This document shows, piece after piece, positions 37,772 to 46,404 of a stretch of 63,560 bases of DNA. Origin of the DNA: Candidatus Magasanikiibacteriota bacterium (lineage in GTDB: Bacteria; Patescibacteriota; Patescibacteriia; Magasanikbacterales; GWA2-37-8); the NCBI GenBank assembly GCA_041678665.1, contig JBAYNU010000005.1, forward strand, positions 1 through 63,560, in the 5' to 3' direction. The translations under genes and the position numbers were made by a program. Under the pieces are notes generated by a model. The model saw only the letters and a list, made by a program, of their open reading frames with translations. It did not search any database and was not told the origin of the DNA. Positions within the stretch are counted from its first letter, which is position 1, and every line of letters starts with the position of its first letter.

Positions 37772-38788
37772 TTATTTATAGAACTTTTTTAACCTACTAG
37801 CATCTGCACCAAGATCATCTTCCGGAAATAAACGATACTTCATAATATTGCAATCAACGCAGGTTTGGCAGGTATTTTTAATGCCGTCAAGCATTTTACA
37901 TCTAAAATTTTGGAATTCTTTACCCTGCCAAATCTCGTTGATGGATTGACGGTTACAATCCCCCATGATGCCGGGGTATTCAAAGGAAAAACACGGCACC
38001 ACTTTTCCATCCGGATTGATTTGCATGGTGAAAAAGGGCTGAGGACAAATCTTGAAATCCTTCACAGGCAACCCAAATTGGGTAACAGCTGCACCACTCT
38101 CCTTGATTATATTTTTATAATCTATACCCGTATGAATAGGCACGGTATGCTCAACGGCTATCGTATCGCAAATATCCCCAAAAATTTCATAAAATTTCTT
38201 TTCGTCTTCCTTGCCGTCCAACGCACTATCCACAATTTTAAAATATACATGAGTATTGCCTTTGTGGTTAAAAAAATATTGTAAATTTTCAATAAATTTA
38301 TCAAAATCTATGTCTGCCCCGCATATTTTTTTATACTTTTCTCGACTGGTACCTTGTAACGATACAACCAGTCTATTAAGGCCGGCCGATATCAAGGAAT
38401 CAGACATTTGTGGGGTCAACAATGCCGCATTAGTCAAAATTTCGACGGTATTGGCGACATTTTTTGACACCGCATAGGCAATCATTGCGGCAATATTTTT
38501 ATGCAACAACGGCTCGCCAATTCCCACAAAACGCAGGACCTTAATCTTATTGGGAAACTTAGTCATGTCGTCTATGTATTTTTTGTATAGATCAAAATCC
38601 ATCACAACCTTATCGGAAATAAAACCGCGCTTAGATGGGTCTACTGAAAAAATACAATAACAACACTTAAACACGCAGGCATAAACCGGAAATATCTGTA
38701 CCACAAAGGGCGTGTCCAAGGGCAACACCTCTGCCAACTTCGTGCGTTTGCCTCCCGGCGCTTGCCCGCTGATATCTTTAGCTTTCAT
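37772..38788 (-). CDS. Radical SAM enzyme with a Cys-rich SPASM-like C-terminal domain
   Basis: CVFKCCYC (CX3CX2C). C-terminal CPQPF..PC..GDC...C..C.TC.DC. Confidence 0.85.
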   Translation of the reverse strand: MKAKDISGQAPGGKRTKLAEVLPLDTPFVVQIFPVYACVFKCCYCIFSVDPSKRGFISDKVVMDFDLYKKYIDDMTKFPNKIKVLRFVGIGEPLLHKNIAAMIAYAVSKNVANTVEILTNAALLTPQMSDSLISAGLNRLVVSLQGTSREKYKKICGADIDFDKFIENLQYFFNHKGNTHVYFKIVDSALDGKEDEKKFYEIFGDICDTIAVEHTVPIHTGIDYKNIIKESGAAVTQFGLPVKDFKICPQPFFTMQINPDGKVVPCFSFEYPGIMGDCNRQSINEIWQGKEFQNFRCKMLDGIKNTCQTCVDCNIMKYRLFPEDDLGADASRLKKFYK

Positions 38789-38809
38789 ATGGATAATTGG
38801 AAAAAAACT

Positions 38810-39511
38810 TTAAGTCCATTTAAGATCTTTAATATCAACATTAAAATATTTTTGAGTAAAACAGGCACCTTGGTTATCTTTGATATTTAATTTGCCGGTT
38901 GAATCCGTGAAAACGATAGAATTTTCCGGGATGTCCGCCTTAAATACGACCGAATTTATACCAATTGACGAATAATCCCCTATCTTACCGCTTCCAATAA
39001 TGCTAGAACCGGCCGCCAGAAATACCCCCTTGCCGATCGTGGGCGGCTTCCAGGTACCATCATCGTCCCCGGTATTAACCGTAACATTTTGGAATACTAC
39101 TAAAAAATTTGAGTAAATCGCATTGCCGATGATAGTACCGATCGCGTGAGAAAAAAGAAAAATATCCGGCATTTTACATTTATAGGAAATAAATATGGAA
39201 TTTAGCGTTTTATTGAGTAAGAGTAATTTATCACATAGTGGTTTATTCTGTGATTCCAGCCATAGACTATTGGCCAAAAAATACAAAAAGGAACAATACT
39301 GATCGGCATGTAAGTGATAAAAACAAGTATTATTTTGCTCGTTATAATACCGCAAGCTAATATGCTTAAAACAATACTCCGTCCTCTGTAGAGCCGTATC
39401 AAACGCCCGGTCTATATCCGCACCGACGAATTTATACTTATCGGGGAAAAAATTATCAAGCTGTCCGGAAATATATTGTTTTAATTCGGAATGGGACAAT
39501 GATAAATTCAT
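38810..39511 (-). CDS. Left-handed beta-helix (hexapeptide) acyl/acetyltransferase
   Basis: C-terminal hexapeptide-like repeats IGKGVFLAAGSSIIGSGKIGDYSSIGINSVV, with a serine-acetyltransferase-like N-terminal part. Confidence 0.68.
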   Translation of the reverse strand: MNLSLSHSELKQYISGQLDNFFPDKYKFVGADIDRAFDTALQRTEYCFKHISLRYYNEQNNTCFYHLHADQYCSFLYFLANSLWLESQNKPLCDKLLLLNKTLNSIFISYKCKMPDIFLFSHAIGTIIGNAIYSNFLVVFQNVTVNTGDDDGTWKPPTIGKGVFLAAGSSIIGSGKIGDYSSIGINSVVFKADIPENSIVFTDSTGKLNIKDNQGACFTQKYFNVDIKDLKWT

Positions 39512-39535
39512 GTTCTTGAATTAATTGGTTATCGC

Positions 39536-40633
39536 CTACGAAAACAATCTCTTGTCTTTATAAAACGGTTTTTGAGTTTTATCTTCGTGGGTAAATACTT
39601 CCGAGCAAGGAACGGGCAGGGGCTTGTCATAAATCCTTCCAGCCACATATTTTTCAATAAAATGTCGATCTTCCGCTATCGAACAAGTATCAACATATTC
39701 ACCAAAATACTTAATGTCAAAGCCTCTTTTTATAATATCTTTAAGTGGCTCTTTGAATACATTGCCAATGGAAGTATGAATGTAAGGACAGGGAAGCACA
39801 TCTCCATATTGCGTGACGGAAAACATTCCCTTCACCGCGATACAACCCATATTAATTCCGTAAGCCGAGGTCAAATGGGTAAAAACTTTATATTTCTTTT
39901 CTAATTTTTCCATATACGCCATATCCTTTCTGTCAATCAAACAATCAAAATTTCCCTCCCATGCTCCGACTGGCTTGGCATAGCTCACAAAAACGCCAAT
40001 GCCTTTATTGGTAAAATATTCCAGATACTTAATAAATTCGTCCGAATAAAGTCTCTCTTTCCAAACTACCGTCTGCATAAAAATATCCATCCCAATCTCC
40101 TGGGCAATATCCACGGCCTTCAGCACTCGGGCATGCGATCCGGGAGACCTTCTAAACGCATCGTGCTCTTTAGCATTTAAACTATCCAGACTAACCTGCA
40201 CTCTATCCACACCAATGTCTTGCAAATGTCTCATCCTTTTTTCGTCCAGTAGCCAGCCGTTAGAATCGCTGTTGATATAAAATTTCTGCGGGTCAATAGC
40301 CGCCACTAATTCGTCAAAATCCTTAAATACCATCGGTTCGCCGCCGGTAATAGTCACCCGCGCTAATCCCAACTCATCAGCTTGTTTAAATAAATTTTTA
40401 ACATCAGGGATAGTGAATTGACGGGTTTTGTTGGGGCCTTGAAACCGTTTAACCGAGCAGTGGACACATCGAAAGTTACAGGTGTAATTATATTGAAACT
40501 GAATAATAGCGATGCTTTCACCCCTTCTAATCTTTTCATCAAACTTGGCAATCTTTTCAAAAACATAGGGCTTCCTCTCTTTAAGCCGATTACGATTGGT
40601 GGCCTCGACCGATTTTAATTTTTGATCTGACAT
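39536..40633 (-). CDS. Radical SAM enzyme with a SPASM/twitch-like C-terminal Cys cluster
   Basis: CNFRCVHC (CX3CX2C), ITGGEP, C-terminal GCIA...LPCPY...C. Confidence 0.85.
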   Translation of the reverse strand: MSDQKLKSVEATNRNRLKERKPYVFEKIAKFDEKIRRGESIAIIQFQYNYTCNFRCVHCSVKRFQGPNKTRQFTIPDVKNLFKQADELGLARVTITGGEPMVFKDFDELVAAIDPQKFYINSDSNGWLLDEKRMRHLQDIGVDRVQVSLDSLNAKEHDAFRRSPGSHARVLKAVDIAQEIGMDIFMQTVVWKERLYSDEFIKYLEYFTNKGIGVFVSYAKPVGAWEGNFDCLIDRKDMAYMEKLEKKYKVFTHLTSAYGINMGCIAVKGMFSVTQYGDVLPCPYIHTSIGNVFKEPLKDIIKRGFDIKYFGEYVDTCSIAEDRHFIEKYVAGRIYDKPLPVPCSEVFTHEDKTQKPFYKDKRLFS

Positions 40634-40658
40634 ATATATTATTACGAATTAAAATTTA

Positions 40659-41624
40659 CTAAAAATATTTCTCATACCACTGATAGGTTTCTTTAGTGGC
40701 TTGCGTAAAATCCGTGCTCGGTCGCCAGCCCAAAACGTTCTTGGACTTATTAAAATTCAAGCTCTGTTTGGGTATTTCGTTTTTTTGTATGTTCAACACT
40801 GTATATTTTAATTTTTTATTTAAAATTTTCTCCATCTCTGCGATCAAACCCAATACCGATAGATTTATTCCCGAGCTAAAATTAAACGCTTGGCCTTTGG
40901 TCTTGTCTATATTCTCCGCCAAACTAATATAACCGTCAACCACATCTTTTACATAGACATAATCACGCTCAAATGATCCATCACTGCGAATTTCTAAAAG
41001 CTCATCTTTAATGATCGCCTTCATCGCCCCCGGAATAATACGATTAAAATTTAAGTCCCCCGGACCGTAAATATTACCAAAACGACTAACAGTAATCGGC
41101 AAACCATAGGTATTATGATAAGCCATGGCAATTAGGTCGGTAGCGGATTTGGAGGCATCATACGGATGATCACCGGCCAAGGCGTGCTCTTCGGTGGCGT
41201 TGACACAGTCCTTGCCATAGGCCTTATCGCTTGAGGCCACCACTACCGCTTGGATTAACGGCGACAAACGAGCGGCTTCCAAAATATTGACCGTACCCAT
41301 CACATTGGTGGCAATCGCTTCATAGGGATTAATAAGGGCAGTATGAACGATGGCCTGCGCGCCAATATGAAAAATATGGCTGATTTCGTACTTGGTAATA
41401 ATATTAAATATTCTTTCTTTATCATTCAAATCGCCAAAAACAGACACCACCTTTTTATCTGAATTATTAAGATAAAAATATGATTGGGGATCATGGCTGC
41501 GAACCAAACAAACAATTTTGGCTGGGTTCACCGCAAATAATTTTTCCACTAAGTGCGAGCCCACTAATCCGGTGCCGCCGGTGACAAAAATATTTTTATT
41601 GGTTAATTTTGACATATTACGCAT
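40659..41624 (-). CDS. SDR NDP-hexose 4,6-dehydratase-like enzyme
   Basis: VTGGTGLVGSHL, SSDKAYG, YDASKSATD. It lies immediately downstream of rfbF. Confidence 0.72.
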   Translation of the reverse strand: MRNMSKLTNKNIFVTGGTGLVGSHLVEKLFAVNPAKIVCLVRSHDPQSYFYLNNSDKKVVSVFGDLNDKERIFNIITKYEISHIFHIGAQAIVHTALINPYEAIATNVMGTVNILEAARLSPLIQAVVVASSDKAYGKDCVNATEEHALAGDHPYDASKSATDLIAMAYHNTYGLPITVSRFGNIYGPGDLNFNRIIPGAMKAIIKDELLEIRSDGSFERDYVYVKDVVDGYISLAENIDKTKGQAFNFSSGINLSVLGLIAEMEKILNKKLKYTVLNIQKNEIPKQSLNFNKSKNVLGWRPSTDFTQATKETYQWYEKYF

Positions 41625-41626
41625 TC

Positions 41627-42421
41627 TTAGTTAGACCAAACTTTCCAAAATGGATCTTTTTGCCAATGCTCATTCATTTCTTCCACTTCTTTATAAGTAT
41701 CCATACATTTCCAATTACCGGGATGTTTGTAAACCGATAGTTCGCCCTTTTCCGCAAACGGAGCAAACAGGCCCTCAATCATGCTATTTTCCGGGATCAT
41801 ATCCAAGACCTCTTTTTTGAACACCATAAAACCGCCATTGATGTGATCTTTGCCGTGCTCACTGGTATCATCGTGAGTAACTTTGTGCTGACTAAATTCC
41901 TTTAGGCGGTTGGTTTCGTGATCAATGTTAAGCATGCCAAAACGGCTGGTCGGCTTAACCGCTGTAATGGTGGCCAAAGTGTTCTGATTTTTATGAAAAT
42001 TAACCAGTTCGGCGATATCGATATCACCGACGCCATCGCCATAAGTTACCATAAAATGGTCGTCGTCTTTAATATAACCTTTAAGTCGTCTAACTCTTTC
42101 TCCGGTTAAGCTGTCTGATCCGGTTTCGGCAAAAGTAATTTTAAAATCATCACATTCATTATTATGAAAGATCATTTCATTAGTTTTGGTATGCAGAGTA
42201 AAATCATTTAAAAAATGACGCCAGCCAACAAAATAATCTTTGATCATGTTACCTTTATAACCCAAAGCAAGAACAAAATCATTAAAACCAAAGTGAGAAT
42301 ATATCTTCATAATATGCCAAAGAATTGGCTTATTGCCCACCTCCACCAATGGCTTGGGTTTAAACTCAGTTTCTTCTTTCATGCGTGTACCAGTGCCCCC
42401 GCAAAGAATAATAGTTTTCAT
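41627..42421 (-). CDS. rfbF: Glucose-1-phosphate cytidylyltransferase
   Basis: MKTIILCGGTGTRMKEETEFKPKPLVEVGNKPILWHIMKIY is canonical RfbF. Start set to that Met (42421). Confidence 0.88.
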   Translation of the reverse strand: MKTIILCGGTGTRMKEETEFKPKPLVEVGNKPILWHIMKIYSHFGFNDFVLALGYKGNMIKDYFVGWRHFLNDFTLHTKTNEMIFHNNECDDFKITFAETGSDSLTGERVRRLKGYIKDDDHFMVTYGDGVGDIDIAELVNFHKNQNTLATITAVKPTSRFGMLNIDHETNRLKEFSQHKVTHDDTSEHGKDHINGGFMVFKKEVLDMIPENSMIEGLFAPFAEKGELSVYKHPGNWKCMDTYKEVEEMNEHWQKDPFWKVWSN

Positions 42422-42446
42422 ATTTATTATAAAATCTCTTTTAAGA

Positions 42447-43892
42447 TTAAAAAAGACTGTTAAATTTAACAATGAAAGGATTGAAAAAAAAGGTCAAATC
42501 TTCTTTCTTTAATAACCGTAACCAAAATAACAGACCAACATTAATTAAACAAAGAGCGAAACCAATAAAATAGTTATTTGACTGTCCTATATATTTTAAT
42601 ATTAATAATAACAACGCATTAAACACGCCCAAAAATACCATGCGATAAATGATAGACCAATTTTTCTCCCATTGAGCATAGCGTTGCAATAAAAACAGGT
42701 TGGCTACTTCCGCTATGACCGTAGCCCATGCCGCACCATATAACGAATATCTAGGAATAAGAATAAAATTTAGTCCAATATTGAAAATTGCGCCAAAAAT
42801 TATAATATACAAACTGCGATGCTCCCGGTGCTGGATCACCAGCAAACTATTAAATAACATGCTAATCGAACCAATAATCTGCGCTAAAATTAAAATCCTT
42901 ATCGCCAAAACACTGGGCATAAATGAATCGGGAAAGAGCCAACTTACCAATAGCGGCGTAAAAAAAATAAATCCGAGAGTAATCATTAAACTAAAAGAAA
43001 ATAATAAACGAGTGGCTTTATAAAAAAAACTAATAAATTTAACGCGCGACCCCGAGTCATTCCATAGTGATGACAAAATTGGGAAAATTGATGGCATAAA
43101 TAAAACGGCCGGAAAAATAGCGGCTACTTCTAAAAATTTATAAGCCGTTCCATACCAACCTACGACGGAAAAATTATCTAAATAACGCAGCATTACAATA
43201 TCTATCCGATTGTATAAACTAATAAAGAGGGTGATAAACAAAAATGGCATCCCTTTTTTGATCATTGATAAGATGTTGTGAATGTTAAAAATTAATTTAA
43301 ACTTAAAAGGCAATACTCTGTAAAAATAATAAGCTAAAGAAACTAACTGGCTTAACAATAGAGCTACAAACACCGTCTCCACGTGCGGATAAAAAAATAA
43401 TCCTACCGAGCCAATTATAATTACCACCATTTTTTCAATCAGCTGGCGAAGCGACGGGTATTTAAATAAATTGGCCGATTGAAAGTAAGTATCGGCCAAA
43501 TTAATATAAGTGGCAAAAAAAGTAGAAACGAACGCAATTATTAATGGCAACAAAATATTAAAATTGGAAAAAAAATTAACCAAAAAGAACGGAATAAAAA
43601 TAATAACCACGGTTATTAGCCGCAAAGTAAAAAGCGCAAAAAAGTCTCCTTCTACCTGATCAAATGTTTTGGGGCTCTTCGCCCACTCACGATACAGATG
43701 GCTACCTGCACCAAAATCAAGAAAAATAAACCACATTCCCACGAACGATGAAATAAAATTATACTGCCCCATACCAATGTCTCCTAAAATATGCGACATG
43801 AGGACAAAAAAAGCCAATCCCAAAATTCGCAAGAAAAATTGAGAAAAGGTGGACCAAGCAAAATTTGTACCAGCTTGTAATTCGTGATCCAT
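42447..43892 (-). CDS. wzx: Wzx-type (MOP superfamily) polysaccharide flippase
   Basis: 481 aa with about 12-14 hydrophobic helices and typical polysaccharide-biosynthesis-protein layout. Confidence 0.72.
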   Translation of the reverse strand: MDHELQAGTNFAWSTFSQFFLRILGLAFFVLMSHILGDIGMGQYNFISSFVGMWFIFLDFGAGSHLYREWAKSPKTFDQVEGDFFALFTLRLITVVIIFIPFFLVNFFSNFNILLPLIIAFVSTFFATYINLADTYFQSANLFKYPSLRQLIEKMVVIIIGSVGLFFYPHVETVFVALLLSQLVSLAYYFYRVLPFKFKLIFNIHNILSMIKKGMPFLFITLFISLYNRIDIVMLRYLDNFSVVGWYGTAYKFLEVAAIFPAVLFMPSIFPILSSLWNDSGSRVKFISFFYKATRLLFSFSLMITLGFIFFTPLLVSWLFPDSFMPSVLAIRILILAQIIGSISMLFNSLLVIQHREHRSLYIIIFGAIFNIGLNFILIPRYSLYGAAWATVIAEVANLFLLQRYAQWEKNWSIIYRMVFLGVFNALLLLILKYIGQSNNYFIGFALCLINVGLLFWLRLLKKEDLTFFFNPFIVKFNSLF

Positions 43893-43909
43893 ATGTTAGA
43901 TGTGGAAAT

Positions 43910-44155
43910 TTACCAATTTCTTGTTTTTTCGATAGTCTTCATTTTAACCTTTTGATATAAATTAGTAGCTTTCTGATCAACCTCGGGAGATAGCATCTTC
44001 AAAATATCATGCCCTAAAATACGGTACTGTTTGCCTATTTTATTAGCCCTAATAAGACCGCGCTTTATTAGACGCTTCATAGTGCTGTTACTAATCTTTA
44101 ACAGTTCTTGGGTTTCTTGAGTTGTATAAACCTCGTTTGGCTTAATTTCCGCCAT
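43910..44155 (-). CDS. Small excisionase/MerR-like HTH DNA-binding protein, first gene of the glycan operon
   Basis: YTTQETQELLKISNSTMKRLIKRGLIRANKIGKQYRI. Start set to MAEIKP (44155) because the ORF-track start would lie at or upstream of the predicted transcription start. Confidence 0.72.
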   Translation of the reverse strand: MAEIKPNEVYTTQETQELLKISNSTMKRLIKRGLIRANKIGKQYRILGHDILKMLSPEVDQKATNLYQKVKMKTIEKTRNW

Positions 44156-44181
44156 AGTTAGCCAAAATAATAACACTCCCT

Positions 44182-44210
44182 ATTATACCGCAGGTGTCAT
44201 TAGGTGTCAA
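44182..44210 (-). promoter_or_regulatory. Consensus sigma70 promoter for the HTH gene and glycan operon
   Basis: Minus strand reads TTGACA (44210-44205), exactly 17 nt, TATAAT (44187-44182). Confidence 0.65.
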
Positions 44211-44219
44211 AAGGTATCA
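44192..44219. repeat. Three 10-bp-phased direct repeats overlapping the promoter
   Basis: aggtgtca at 44192, aggtgtca at 44202, aggtatca at 44212. The second copy contains the -35 hexamer. Confidence 0.7.
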
Positions 44220-44221
44220 AA

Positions 44222-44236
44222 AAGTTATCCACAGGC
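44222..44236. repeat. 15-mer aagttatccacaggc (contains TTATCCACA); inverted second copy at 53177-53191
   Basis: Exact 15-nt match read at both loci. Confidence 0.8.
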
Positions 44237-44317
44237 CATCACCCTTTGGGCTATGGTCTACGAAGCACCAATCTCTCCTTCAGGACTACAGGGTGCGAGG
44301 CAAGACTTCGCTTGAAG

Positions 44318-45274
44318 CTAAGACGGTAAATTTTTTAAAAACCACTCATAGGCTGACTGCAAACCATCTTTCAAATTAATCTTCGGTTTCCAGCCCAGAG
44401 CATTTACCGCCGAACTATCCATGAGCCTACCGGGGGTACCGTCTGGCTTGGAAGTGTCCCATTCGACAACCCCTTCATAACCAACAACCGACTGAATCAG
44501 CTCGGCTAATTTTTTTATAGTGAGATCCGAGCCAACTCCTAAATTTACAAAAATTTCTCCTGTTTCATTTTGTTGTTTGGTGGGGTTGAAATTGTTCATC
44601 AGAAAAACGCAACCATCGGCCATGTCATCGGAGCATAAAAATTCACGACGCGGATTGCCTGTCCCCCATAATTTTACGCTTGGTTCGTGATTAATTTTGG
44701 CTTCATGAAACTTTCTAATCATTGCCGGAATAACATGAGACTTTTGTAAATCAAAGTTATCATACGGGCCATAGAGGTTGGTAGGCATTACCGCGATAAA
44801 GTTAGTACCATACTGGCGATTGTAACTTTGACACATCTTTATTCCAGTAATTTTAGCTAAAGCATATGGCTCGTTGGTCGATTCTAACTTACCGCTTAAT
44901 AAATATTCTTCTTTTACTGGTTCGGAGGCAAATTTAGGATAGATACAAACCGATCCTAAAAATAACAACTTCTTAATACCATTTAAATATGACTGATGGA
45001 TAATATTACATTCAATCTGTAAATTTTCGTAAATAAATTGTGCCGGATAAGTATTGTTGGCACCAATGCCGCCAACTTTGGCAGCAGCCAAAAATACATA
45101 CTCCGGTTTTTCTTTAACAAAAAAATCGGCAACTGCTTGCTGGTTGAGCAGGTCGAGTTCGGCATGAGCACGCGTAATTATATTGCCATAACCTGCTGAT
45201 TCAAGTCGGCGCATAATAGCGGAGCCAACTAAACCACGGTGACCAGCAACATAAATTTTGGATGTTTTGTCCAT
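44318..45274 (-). CDS. fcl: GDP-L-fucose synthase
   Basis: KIYVAGHRGLVGSAI, YALAKI, 318 aa, downstream of gmd. Confidence 0.92.
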   Translation of the reverse strand: MDKTSKIYVAGHRGLVGSAIMRRLESAGYGNIITRAHAELDLLNQQAVADFFVKEKPEYVFLAAAKVGGIGANNTYPAQFIYENLQIECNIIHQSYLNGIKKLLFLGSVCIYPKFASEPVKEEYLLSGKLESTNEPYALAKITGIKMCQSYNRQYGTNFIAVMPTNLYGPYDNFDLQKSHVIPAMIRKFHEAKINHEPSVKLWGTGNPRREFLCSDDMADGCVFLMNNFNPTKQQNETGEIFVNLGVGSDLTIKKLAELIQSVVGYEGVVEWDTSKPDGTPGRLMDSSAVNALGWKPKINLKDGLQSAYEWFLKNLPS

Positions 45275-45282
45275 ATTTTATA

Positions 45283-45339
45283 GATCCTTCTGCGCCAGAG
45301 GCGCATCCGCCTTTGGTGGAGACGCTCGCTCAGGATGAC
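45283..45339. repeat. Composite REP/MITE-like element between gmd and fcl
   Basis: gatccttc-tgcgccagaggcgca-tccgcctttggtgga-gacgctcgctcaggatgac. The terminal GATCCTTC...CTCAGGATGAC encloses two small hairpins. Confidence 0.85.
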
Positions 45340-45347
45340 AATTTTAA

Positions 45348-46403
45348 TTACGTGAGATAATCGCTTGCTTTTAATCCTCTTTCTTCAAACTCCGCCGCCA
45401 TCATTAAGCGCACCAAATCTTTAAATTTTATTTTTGGCTCCCAGCCAAATTTGGCTTTGGCTTTGGAGTAATCCCCAAGCAAATGATCCACTTCGGTGGG
45501 GCGATAATAATAAGGATCAATTTCAATCAAAACTTTGCCAGTCTTTGAATCAACGCCTTTTTCTTTTGCCCCATCCCCTTCCCATTTGATGTTATAGCCT
45601 ACCACACGCGCAGATTCTTCTACAAATTCTCGCACACTATGAGTTTCGCCAGTAGCAATCACATAATCATCGGCGTTTTCTTGCTGAAGCATCATCCAGA
45701 TTGCCTCCACATATTCTTTAGCATAACCCCAATCTCTTTTTGAATCTAAGTTGCCAAGATAAACCTTATCCTGTTTTCCTAATTTTATTTTAGCAAACGC
45801 GGCGGTTAATTTTTTAGTTACAAAAGTACCACCACGACGTGGTGATTCGTGATTAAATAATATTCCATTACAAATAAACATGCCATAAGCTTCGCGGTAA
45901 TTTACGCACAAATAATGCGAATAAACTTTGGCGCAACCGTAAGGAGAACGTGGATAAAACGACGTGGTTTCTTTCTGCGGATTTTCCAAAACCCGACCAA
46001 ACATTTCTGATGATCCGGCCTGATAAAATTTAACTTTGACGCCACTATTTCGAATAGCATCGAGTAGACGCAAAGTACCTAATCCATCCACATTGCCAGT
46101 ATACTCTGGTAATTCAAAGCTGGTGCGAACATGGCTTTGTGCCCCTAAATTATAAATTTCATCGGGTTTAATATTTTCTATTAAACGATTCAAATTACTA
46201 CCATCGGTTAAATCGCCATAATGTAAAAATAACTTACGATCCAAATCATGGGGGTCCTGATAAATATGATCAATGCGACCAGTATTAAAACTACTGCTGC
46301 GACGAATAATGCCATGCACTTGATATCTTTTTTCTAATAATAACTCGGCGAGATACGACCCATCTTGACCAGTAATACCGGTAATTAATGCCTTTTTGGT
46401 CAT
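45348..46403 (-). CDS. gmd: GDP-mannose 4,6-dehydratase
   Basis: [31 protein letters not shown], 351 aa. Confidence 0.95.
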   Translation of the reverse strand: MTKKALITGITGQDGSYLAELLLEKRYQVHGIIRRSSSFNTGRIDHIYQDPHDLDRKLFLHYGDLTDGSNLNRLIENIKPDEIYNLGAQSHVRTSFELPEYTGNVDGLGTLRLLDAIRNSGVKVKFYQAGSSEMFGRVLENPQKETTSFYPRSPYGCAKVYSHYLCVNYREAYGMFICNGILFNHESPRRGGTFVTKKLTAAFAKIKLGKQDKVYLGNLDSKRDWGYAKEYVEAIWMMLQQENADDYVIATGETHSVREFVEESARVVGYNIKWEGDGAKEKGVDSKTGKVLIEIDPYYYRPTEVDHLLGDYSKAKAKFGWEPKIKFKDLVRLMMAAEFEERGLKASDYLT

Positions 46404-46404
46404 A

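Noticed and set aside
43910-44155. Prophage or integrative element suggested by two excisionase-family HTH genes (also 61127-61495)
   Set aside because: No integrase, capsid, terminase or other phage or conjugation genes occur in the window. Both genes sit behind operator-like repeats and look like stand-alone transcription regulators.
44222-44236. DnaA boxes as evidence for a replication origin
   Set aside because: Only two perfect boxes were seen, 9 kb apart. There is no box cluster, no adjacent AT-rich unwinding element pattern and no dnaA/dnaN nearby, and the strong single-strand gene orientation continues across both sites.
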